From: Candidatus Scalindua sp.
GTDB lineage: Bacteria > Planctomycetota > Brocadiia > Brocadiales > Scalinduaceae
Direction of reading: 5' to 3'
Assembly (NCBI GenBank): GCA_031316235.1
Contig: JALDRA010000001.1
Span: forward strand, 1,290,001 to 1,322,000
Length of the DNA: 32,000 nucleotides
Each line of letters opens with the position of its first letter. The first letter of the stretch is position 1. The notes under the pieces were generated by a model that did not search any database, had not been told where the DNA came from, and worked only from the letters and a program-made list of their open reading frames with translations. The position numbers were made by a program, and so were the translations under genes. This document shows positions 7,874 to 15,835 of this stretch, one piece after another.

Positions 7874-8830
7874 ATGTCTGACAAAGCTACCGGAAAGCGC
7901 GCCGCAAGCAGGAAGGAGATGTTTAAACCCTTAAGCAGGAGAAGTTTTCTCAAAGCAGGTGCTTTGGGTTCACTTTTAATTGGAGGCACCAGTGCGGCAA
8001 TGCTTCCGCTTCGCAAATTTAAGAACGATACATCACTGGAGGCCTTCTTCCAGCAGCACTATGAACGTCTTACCCCGGGAAGAATGGAAAGGATACTGAA
8101 ACGCATTGAAAATGAGGTAAAAGAGCGGCACGGAATAGAAGCCAGCGTGACAGATCCAAAACCAATCCCTGGCGTTCAGTTTGCATATGCGTTAAATATC
8201 AGCCGTTGTGTGGGATGCCGACGTTGTGTGCATGCCTGTGTTGAGGAAAACAATCAATCAAGAGACCCTGAAATCCAGTATATCAGAGTACTGGAAATGC
8301 CGAATGGTACTTTTGATGTTGAAAAATCTAATCACTATTATGCTCCGGATACTGTACCCACCGACGGGAAATATTATATGCCGGTCCAGTGTCAGCAGTG
8401 CGAGAACCCGTCATGCGTAAAAGCCTGTCCGGTGGGAGCAACATGGAAAGATGATGATGGTATTGTTGTAATTGACTATGACTGGTGTATTGGCTGCCGA
8501 TATTGCGAAGCAGCGTGTCCCTATTGGGCGCGCCGATTCAATTTTGCTGATCCAGAAATCCCAAAGGAGCAGATTAATCCCGAAATGGCATACCTTGGCA
8601 ATCGAATTCGCCCTAAAGGAACCATGGAAAAATGTACCTTCTGTCTCGGGAGGGTGCGCAATGGACTCCTTCCAAAATGTGCCGAGGCGTGCCCAGCCGG
8701 TGCAAGGCAATTTGGAAATCTTTTGGATCCCGATAGTGTTATCAGGCATATATTGCGGGAAAAAAGAGTATATGTATTTAAAGAGGAAGTGGGAACTCGG
8801 CCAAAGTTCTATTACTGGTTTGATAAATAG
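7874..8830 (+). CDS. Tat-exported four-cluster [4Fe-4S] ferredoxin subunit, NrfC/PsrB/DsrO-type
   Basis: Twin-arginine signal RRSFLKAGALGSLL. Four Cys groups: CVGCRRCVHAC, CQQCENPSCVKACP, CIGCRYCEAACP, CTFC...CAEACP. AAGGAG RBS. Confidence 0.88.
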   Translation: MSDKATGKRAASRKEMFKPLSRRSFLKAGALGSLLIGGTSAAMLPLRKFKNDTSLEAFFQQHYERLTPGRMERILKRIENEVKERHGIEASVTDPKPIPGVQFAYALNISRCVGCRRCVHACVEENNQSRDPEIQYIRVLEMPNGTFDVEKSNHYYAPDTVPTDGKYYMPVQCQQCENPSCVKACPVGATWKDDDGIVVIDYDWCIGCRYCEAACPYWARRFNFADPEIPKEQINPEMAYLGNRIRPKGTMEKCTFCLGRVRNGLLPKCAEACPAGARQFGNLLDPDSVIRHILREKRVYVFKEEVGTRPKFYYWFDK

Positions 8831-9104
8831 TGGTTGATTGAAAACTATCCACCTGCTGCGTTGCTGTGATAATTTCGTGCTCATCACGGACTTCAGCACG
8901 ATCAGTCTGAAAAATAAGTGCACACCTTGTGTCTGGAGAGTGCCGATCCGTCCACCCGGTTTCCATTCAAGCAGCAAGCGGACAATGGGTAGGGGCTCGC
9001 GATAAAAGGTAAAACATTTTCCCCAGAACCCGGAACAAAAGTGTTTTTTTCCTGGTTTAATCGTACTCAGTGGGCCCGATGCATTTCAGGCCTGGAGGTA
9101 AAAG

Positions 9105-10376
9105 ATGGTAAAAATTAAAAATGGTGAGGTCTGCAAAGAGGCGACTCCCGGTTCACTCTCTAACTATGGATTGTTTCTGCTTCGAGCTGTAAGACTCAGT
9201 TTCAGGGGGAACATTGCTTTCTATTCCTGGATGTTTTTTTTGACCATTCTTTTTTTCCTTGGACTCCGTGCCTATTGCAACCAGTTCGTTGAAGGATTAA
9301 TTACCACCGGGATGACGGATCAGGTCTCCTGGGGAGTCTATATTGCCAACTTTACTTTTCTTGTTGGAATGGCTGCAGCGGCAGTTATGCTTGTCATACC
9401 CGCCTATCTCTACAAAGAGGAGGAGATGCATAATATCGTTATTTTCGGTGAATTGTTTGCTGTCGCAGTAATGATCATGTGCATGCTTTTCGTTGCGGTG
9501 GATATGGGTCGCCCGGGACGATTCTGGCATTTAATACCCGTAATAGGACGCTTCAATTTCCCCATATCAATGCTCAGCTGGGACGTGGTGGCACTTACGG
9601 GATATCTTGCCATAAATGCACATGTCTGCGGTTACCTCCTCTATATGAAATACCTTGGCAGGAAACCAAACAGATGGCTGTACATGCCTTTTGTTATCTT
9701 ATCTATTGTCTGGGCTGTTTCAATCCATACGGTCACCGCATTTCTTTACGTCGGGATTGCAGGTCGTCCTTTCTGGAATTCGGCAATTGTAGCACCGCGC
9801 TTCATTGCATCTGCCTTTACTGCCGGGCCGGCATTTATGATCGTTGCATTTCAGATTATTCGCAGTACTACCGGATATCATATTGGCGATCGTGTTTTTC
9901 AACTCCTCAGACAGATTGTAACAATGTCATTATTGATCAGCCTCTTTCTGTTTGGATGTGAAATTTTCAAAGAGTTTTACAGCCAGTCACTTCACAATGC
10001 GAGTGCACGGTACCTTTTTTTCGGGCTTCATGGACATTATGCACTGGTACCATGGATATGGTCAGCGATTGCCATGGAAGTCGCCGCCGTAATAATCCTC
10101 CTCAGCAGGCTTTCCAGGAACCCGGCCAGACATGTCTGGTTAAATCTCGCATGCATTATGGCAACAGTAGGAATCTGGATAGAAAAAGGCCCGGGGTTGA
10201 TTATCCCCGGTTTCCTACCGACACCGCTGGGTGAAGTCGTAGAGTATACACCGACTCTTAATGAAACCATGGTCTGTGTGGGGATATGGGCAGTCGGTAT
10301 CCTTCTCTTCAGCTGGATGCTGCGGCTTGCGATACCAATTACGTCAGGTATGTTTGATGCAACGGAAGATCGTTAG
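9105..10376 (+). CDS. NrfD/PsrC-family polytopic quinone-interacting membrane subunit
   Basis: 423-aa, very hydrophobic ORF with about 10 hydrophobic segments by eye. Family-like motif DMGRPGRFWHLI. Strong RBS GGAGG 8 nt upstream of the ATG. Confidence 0.8.
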   Translation: MVKIKNGEVCKEATPGSLSNYGLFLLRAVRLSFRGNIAFYSWMFFLTILFFLGLRAYCNQFVEGLITTGMTDQVSWGVYIANFTFLVGMAAAAVMLVIPAYLYKEEEMHNIVIFGELFAVAVMIMCMLFVAVDMGRPGRFWHLIPVIGRFNFPISMLSWDVVALTGYLAINAHVCGYLLYMKYLGRKPNRWLYMPFVILSIVWAVSIHTVTAFLYVGIAGRPFWNSAIVAPRFIASAFTAGPAFMIVAFQIIRSTTGYHIGDRVFQLLRQIVTMSLLISLFLFGCEIFKEFYSQSLHNASARYLFFGLHGHYALVPWIWSAIAMEVAAVIILLSRLSRNPARHVWLNLACIMATVGIWIEKGPGLIIPGFLPTPLGEVVEYTPTLNETMVCVGIWAVGILLFSWMLRLAIPITSGMFDATEDR

Positions 10377-10684
10377 TTCTGACTCAAACCGACAGGGTTT
10401 CCGTTCACGGCTTCACTGTTGAATTCCGGATTACAGGCTGTGGGGCATTCTCATTAACAATGAAAAGAGACAACAATGTAAAAAACAGGAAAGTCTGATA
10501 ACTGCCTGGCTACCGTCGCCTGTGCGTGTCGCATGCACAGAGGTGTTGGACACACGTAGACAGGTCTTCATTTAACAACCCGGCCGAACCGGAACACATT
10601 GGAAATTTATCATTTTCTGGTTCCGGCTCTGCCGGGTTGGAGTAATAAGAATACATTTTTTATGATTAAGGGAGGTCTTACATT

Positions 10685-12163
10685 ATGAAACAATTCCACT
10701 ATCTCTTGTTTGTTTTCCTGGTAGGAGTACTCTTCTTCAGGTCGACTCCGGTTATTGCGGCATTCTCGCCGGCTTCTTTAACTCCAGAGTCGGCAGAGTG
10801 CATCCAGTGCCACAAAAAAGAGACAAACACCCTTTACCAGCAGTGGGGAGCAAGCAAGCATTATGGGGCGAACATTGGGTGTTATGAATGCCACGCTGCA
10901 GAGGAGGGAGATGTCGATGCATTCCAGCATGATGTGAAACTGGAAGATGGCACAACGTACAAGGGAAAACTTATTTCTATTATCGTCAGCCCACGTGACT
11001 GCGGCAAATGCCATGAACGGGAAGTAAAGGAATTTTCTGAATCTCACCATGCTTATGCCGGTAACATTATGGGTTCTCTCGACAATGTGCTTGCAGAAGT
11101 CGTAGAGGGGAATAATGGCTTTGTAACTGAAGGGTTTCCCGATGGAGTATCTGCCGCAGCAGTAAGCGGATGCTGGCAGTGTCACGGCAGCATCGTAAAA
11201 GTTCTCCCCGGCGGCAAGCTGGACCCTGCAACCTGGCCCAACACGGGTATCGGGAGAATCAACCCTGATGGTTCCAAAGGTTCCTGTTCAGCCTGCCATT
11301 CACGACATATCTTCTCTGTAAAACAGGCCAGGCATCCAGAAAACTGCGGCAAATGCCATATGGGACCAGACCATCCCCAGATGGAAATTTATCAGGAATC
11401 AAAGCATGGTATTGCATTCTATGCCAATATTGACAAGATGAATCTTGACAATCCTAAATGGGTAATTGGAGAAGACTACAACGCCGCGCCGACATGCGCA
11501 ACCTGTCACATCTCAGCAACATCAAATCAGCCGGTAACCCATGATGTCGGAATGCGGATTTCCTGGAACAACAGGCCAATAATATCCGTACGTCCTGAAG
11601 TCGCCGATGAAAAAATGGGCCTCCCTGGTGCGAAAGTGAAATGGCAGACCAGAAGAGAAAATATGCAGGATGTCTGCCGCAACTGTCACAACCAACCGTT
11701 TGTCAGCGGATTCTACAGGCAATATGATGCCTTGCTTGATCTATACCATGAAAAGTTTGCAATTCCCGGTCAAGAGCTCATGGAAATTTCTGCTCCGCTT
11801 CGGGAACCGGTAAAATTCTCTAATAAGATTGATTTTACCTGGTTTGAACTCTGGCACCACGAAGGCAGGAGAGCAAGACATGCGGCTGCAATGAGCGGCC
11901 CAGACTGGACCCATTGGCACGGAACCTATGATATTGCCAAAAACTTTTATTCTCATTTTATCCCTGAGCTTGAGGAGTTGATAGAGAAGGGAAAGGATTC
12001 AACTGATACGAAAAGGGTTGAGGCAGCAAAGGCAACCGAAGAACGGTTGAGTGAGGTCATGAACAGCAAGAACCACAAATGGTATTTGAATAAAATGGAC
12101 CCTGAAGAAAGTGAAAGACGCAAAGCTCGCCAGGCTGAATTTAAAGCTCGTTACGCGAAGTAG
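10685..12163 (+). CDS. octahaem c-type cytochrome, hydroxylamine oxidoreductase (HAO) family
   Basis: Signal peptide. Eight CXXCH motifs (CIQCH, CYECH, CGKCH, CWQCH, CSACH, CGKCH, CATCH, CRNCH). HAO-type block CGKCHMGPDHPQMEIYQESKHG. GGGAGG RBS. Confidence 0.88.
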   Translation: MKQFHYLLFVFLVGVLFFRSTPVIAAFSPASLTPESAECIQCHKKETNTLYQQWGASKHYGANIGCYECHAAEEGDVDAFQHDVKLEDGTTYKGKLISIIVSPRDCGKCHEREVKEFSESHHAYAGNIMGSLDNVLAEVVEGNNGFVTEGFPDGVSAAAVSGCWQCHGSIVKVLPGGKLDPATWPNTGIGRINPDGSKGSCSACHSRHIFSVKQARHPENCGKCHMGPDHPQMEIYQESKHGIAFYANIDKMNLDNPKWVIGEDYNAAPTCATCHISATSNQPVTHDVGMRISWNNRPIISVRPEVADEKMGLPGAKVKWQTRRENMQDVCRNCHNQPFVSGFYRQYDALLDLYHEKFAIPGQELMEISAPLREPVKFSNKIDFTWFELWHHEGRRARHAAAMSGPDWTHWHGTYDIAKNFYSHFIPELEELIEKGKDSTDTKRVEAAKATEERLSEVMNSKNHKWYLNKMDPEESERRKARQAEFKARYAK

Positions 12164-12518
12164 CTCTCTTGTACCACAGGAGATGAATGAGGAAAACCCT
12201 TGAATCAGGAACCCTTATTACGGTTCGCGAGCCAGATTCTTCGACTCCGATCAGTATGACTTCATGCTGATCGGGGTCGGGGTGTACCGAACATTGAAAT
12301 TCCTGTTTATACCCGTTGCAAAATAATTTCTGGAATTTCAGTGCATGAGCCTGCATCAAATCCTGTTTTTCCGATTGAGCAAAACCAGAAGCCTCTCATA
12401 CAGGTTGAGAATTTTCCCCGGACAATAAACGCCGGAGACTTTGTGATTGAGAACAAGGTAACGTTTACCTGAAATCGGGTTCTGAAAGCCACACATTAAT
12501 TTGCAGCGGCCAGGCATC

Positions 12519-13589
12519 TCAATTATTGCCTGACACGGGCTCTTCCCTGGAACTGACCTCACCTCCCATCAAGACTGACACAGGATGAAGCGCTTCTATG
12601 TTTTCAAAGATGATCTTGATAGTAGCAGTCATCGGTATAGCCAGGATCATTCCCCAGAAACCCCAGAGCCATCCCCAGAAGATTAATGATACCAATACAA
12701 CGAGAGGACTCAGATTCAGTTTGAAGCCCATTATCTTTGGTTCAAGTATGCTGCCCATTAATACTTGAATTGTACCAAGAAACATAAGGACCAGAATCGG
12801 TGTTGCTACCGTATCAAATTGAAGCAACGATAGAATAAAAGGCAGGATTGCAGCCACAATCGACCCGATGTTAGGAATAAAATTGAGCAAAAAGGTGAGA
12901 AACCCCCAGATTATAGGAAAATCAACACCAATTAACCAGAGCGTAACAGCAGTCAGAGTACCAGTGCCGGCACTGATAAGAGTCTTTGTCAGCAGGTATT
13001 GCCTGGCTTGAGAGTCAATGTTTTGTAATACTTTGGTAATACGTCTGGAATGGTCCGAAGAAAAGGCCTTCTCCACCTTTCCTGATAGCTTCCCGCTGCC
13101 GGCAAGCATGAAAAGCATGAATAGTGTTATCAGGAAGGTATTGCCCACAAAGCTGAAAAAAGAACCGAATCCTGCAGATACGGTTGCCTTCACAAGCGGC
13201 ATCTTAAGGACGTCGGAAATCCTGATATCTTCAAGCCGTATCCCTGCCCGTTGAGTTAATGTATTCAGCCAGTGTATACTTTTTACCGTTATTGCATCAA
13301 ACTTCGCCTCATACTTAGGCAGCGTTTCGATAAATGTACCCGTGCTTGAATAAAAGAAGAGCGCGAGCAGTGAAATTAATAAGCTTAGTGAAAAAAACAC
13401 AATAACGAGTGAAATTATTACGGTGAACTTTCTCGCTTTGAGAAATACAACAATAGGTTTGAATATTATTGAAAGCAGTATCGAAATCACGAATGGTACA
13501 AGTACAAAGCGCAGTTTCTGCAGAATAATAACGACTGCAAAGGCCACAAGGATACCAAGCAAAAACGTTGAAACATTTGAATATTTCAT
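12519..13589 (-). CDS. AI-2E/PerM (UPF0118) family transporter
   Basis: 356-aa polytopic ORF with family blocks FIPNIGSIVAA and EPKIMGFKLNLSPLVVLVSLIFWGWLWGFWGMILAIP. Confidence 0.8.
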   Translation of the reverse strand: MKYSNVSTFLLGILVAFAVVIILQKLRFVLVPFVISILLSIIFKPIVVFLKARKFTVIISLVIVFFSLSLLISLLALFFYSSTGTFIETLPKYEAKFDAITVKSIHWLNTLTQRAGIRLEDIRISDVLKMPLVKATVSAGFGSFFSFVGNTFLITLFMLFMLAGSGKLSGKVEKAFSSDHSRRITKVLQNIDSQARQYLLTKTLISAGTGTLTAVTLWLIGVDFPIIWGFLTFLLNFIPNIGSIVAAILPFILSLLQFDTVATPILVLMFLGTIQVLMGSILEPKIMGFKLNLSPLVVLVSLIFWGWLWGFWGMILAIPMTATIKIIFENIEALHPVSVLMGGEVSSREEPVSGNN

Positions 13590-13866
13590 ATCATTTAATC
13601 GCTTTGAATATGTCGATACATGTTTTGTATCAGCCGGTCTCCAGGTATGGGGCTATTAAAAACTGTATTGAGTGATAATCCTGCCCTGCATCAGTCGAAG
13701 AAGGATTTCAGATTTACGGATCATTATGCTTTCTTCTGGGAATTTCAACGTTGCCACACCTGCTTTCCATCTGTTTTTTTCATACCTTTTTCACCTCCCG
13801 GCACTACAGCTCTGCCAGTCCATGCCATGATAAGGAAATACCTTTTTGATATATGAAACAGCATTG

Positions 13867-13978
13867 TATACTAAAACCGATCTGGTTTTCGGTTTTACCG
13901 GAAACCAGATCCTGGTGAAGGTATACCCGCTCAATTTTATCTCGGATTTTATCCGAAATCCAGTATGAGATGAGTATA
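13867..13978 (+). repeat. family-1 intergenic element, copy B (112-nt form)
   Basis: TATACTAAAACCGATCTGGTTTTCGGTTTTACCGGAAACCAGATCCTGGTGAAGGTATACCCGCTCAATTTTATCTCGGATTTTATCCGAAATCCAGTATGAGATGAGTATA. Lies in the divergent perM/ackA spacer. Confidence 0.95.
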
Positions 13979-14321
13979 ACACGTTTTTTCTGCTTTTGTA
14001 AATAAGTTTCAGGATTTTCACTGCCAAATATATTTACTTCTGGTTTTCTGGCCCAGGAAACAATAACCTGGTATTTTATCGTGACCAGGGGAAGTATTGT
14101 AAAGTTTGCAGGATGCACTACTCTCCACAGGTGCCGAACCGGAAAAAAGGTTGAAAATACAGAAATTTGGTGTTTACTAAGTGTCTGGAAATGTTCAGAA
14201 TGAGATTGCATTATGAAATATATTACCCTCACCTGGCCACACCGGAATATAAGAAGAATTTTACCATTCCGGGCCAGGCCAGACTGAAAATAAATTGTCA
14301 GAGGAACGGACACTATCTTGA

Positions 14322-15536
14322 ATGAAAATACTTGTCATTAACACAGGAAGTTCGTCAATTAAATACCGGCTGTTCGACATGGAGCACGATACTGTTTTGG
14401 CTTCAGGCATGGTCGAAAAAATTGGTGAAGATAAGAGCCTCCTTACCCACGAGAAATTTTCAGTAAATGAACATGCGGTAAAGAAAGTAAAATCCTGCGT
14501 TATTGAAAACCACCGCGCAGGATTAAACCGTATCGTGGATTTGCTGGTGGATCAGGCAGACGGTGTGATGAGAGATGTATCAGAAATCTCAGCTGTCGGG
14601 CACCGCGTGGTACACGGCGGGGAGACTCATCACTCATCTACGATTATTGATGAAAAGGTAATATCAGCAATCAAGGATAACATCCCGCTGGCACCCTTAC
14701 ATAATCCTTCAAATCTGTCCGGTATAGAGATTGCCAGATCAATCTTCCCCGGTTCACTGCAGGTCGCGGTATTTGATACGGCTTTTCACCAGACGATTCC
14801 GATGAAGGCCTTTCTCTACGCAATCCCTTATGATATGTATGAAAAGGAGAGGATTCGCAAGTATGGTTTCCATGGCACTTCACATGCCTATGTTGCTGAC
14901 AAAGCGGCAGGGTATTTAGGAAGGTCAAAGGTTGGATTGAACATAATAACCATCCATCTGGGAAACGGGGCCAGCATGGCAGCGGTAAAAGATGGCGAGT
15001 GCATAGATACGACAATGGGCTTGACTCCCCTCGAAGGTTTAGTCATGGGAACCCGCTGTGGAGATATTGATCCGGCACTTCCCTTTTTCCTTGCAAACAA
15101 CTTTGGCATGTCACTCCGGGATATTGACACCCTCCTCAATAAGGAAAGCGGCCTGAAAGGGCTTTGCGGAACAAACGACATGCGTGAAGTTATTATGAAA
15201 AACGATGCAGGAGATTCACGGGCCAGGATCGCTTTAGAGGTATATTCATACCGCATAAGGAAATATATCGGAGCATATTTTGCCGCATTAGGGAGGCTTG
15301 ATGTTCTGGTCTTTACCGCAGGTATCGGTGAGAATTCTTCCTATGTCAGAAATCTATGCTGCAGCGGATTGGGTCAGCTCGGTATTGAGATTGACACTCA
15401 GAGGAATCAGAAATCGGGAATAGGGATCAAAGAAATCGGCACTCCCTCAAACCGCGTTACAATCCTCGTAATCCCGACAAATGAGGAGTTGAGAATAGCA
15501 GAGGAGACAATGAAGGTTATTGAGTCACAAAGATAA
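14322..15536 (+). CDS. ackA: acetate kinase
   Basis: 404 aa. MKILVINTGSSSIKYRLF N-terminus, GHRVVHGG, FDTAFHQT and IPTNEE motifs are all canonical for acetate/propionate kinases. Confidence 0.93.
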   Translation: MKILVINTGSSSIKYRLFDMEHDTVLASGMVEKIGEDKSLLTHEKFSVNEHAVKKVKSCVIENHRAGLNRIVDLLVDQADGVMRDVSEISAVGHRVVHGGETHHSSTIIDEKVISAIKDNIPLAPLHNPSNLSGIEIARSIFPGSLQVAVFDTAFHQTIPMKAFLYAIPYDMYEKERIRKYGFHGTSHAYVADKAAGYLGRSKVGLNIITIHLGNGASMAAVKDGECIDTTMGLTPLEGLVMGTRCGDIDPALPFFLANNFGMSLRDIDTLLNKESGLKGLCGTNDMREVIMKNDAGDSRARIALEVYSYRIRKYIGAYFAALGRLDVLVFTAGIGENSSYVRNLCCSGLGQLGIEIDTQRNQKSGIGIKEIGTPSNRVTILVIPTNEELRIAEETMKVIESQR

Positions 15537-15835
15537 CGGTCATCGACAATTAAGACAATGGAATTCTCATCTCACGAACATGACCACGTTGATAATTAAA
15601 ATGTGTTGTCCGGAAATCACAATCTTGATTTGGCAGAATCAAACGGAAAAAGAACGAAGAAATTTGGAGAATATTTGTTTCCGAGACTTTAATTCGGTTA
15701 TGACACGAGAGAATACTTTATCGAGTCGCAAGTGAGTAAAACAGTTGCAGAGGCAATTACAGCATACAAAAAACAGTGTATAATTATTTTACATAAGCTC
15801 AAAAGAGCCGGGTTTTAAATGTAGTTTTCTTTGAA

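Noticed and set aside
10685-12163. Attempt to decide from sequence whether the HAO-like protein has the cross-linking tyrosine of oxidative HAOs (which would indicate direction of catalysis).
   Set aside because: Several Tyr residues lie in the C-terminal region (e.g. GTYDIAKNFYSHF). Without an alignment to N. europaea HAO or the anammox HOX/HDH enzymes I cannot assign the equivalent position, so no claim is made.
12141-12562. Three successive minus-strand ORFs in three frames (12356..12562, 12307..12492, 12141..12359), considered as a frameshifted pseudogene downstream of the permease gene.
   Set aside because: I could not recognise any protein family in any frame or on the plus strand. Without a database search this remains unsupported.
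13620-13856. 78-aa plus-strand ORF, and ORF 15520..15735, in intergenic spacers.
   Set aside because: No RBS, atypical amino-acid composition, no motifs; likely chance ORFs.
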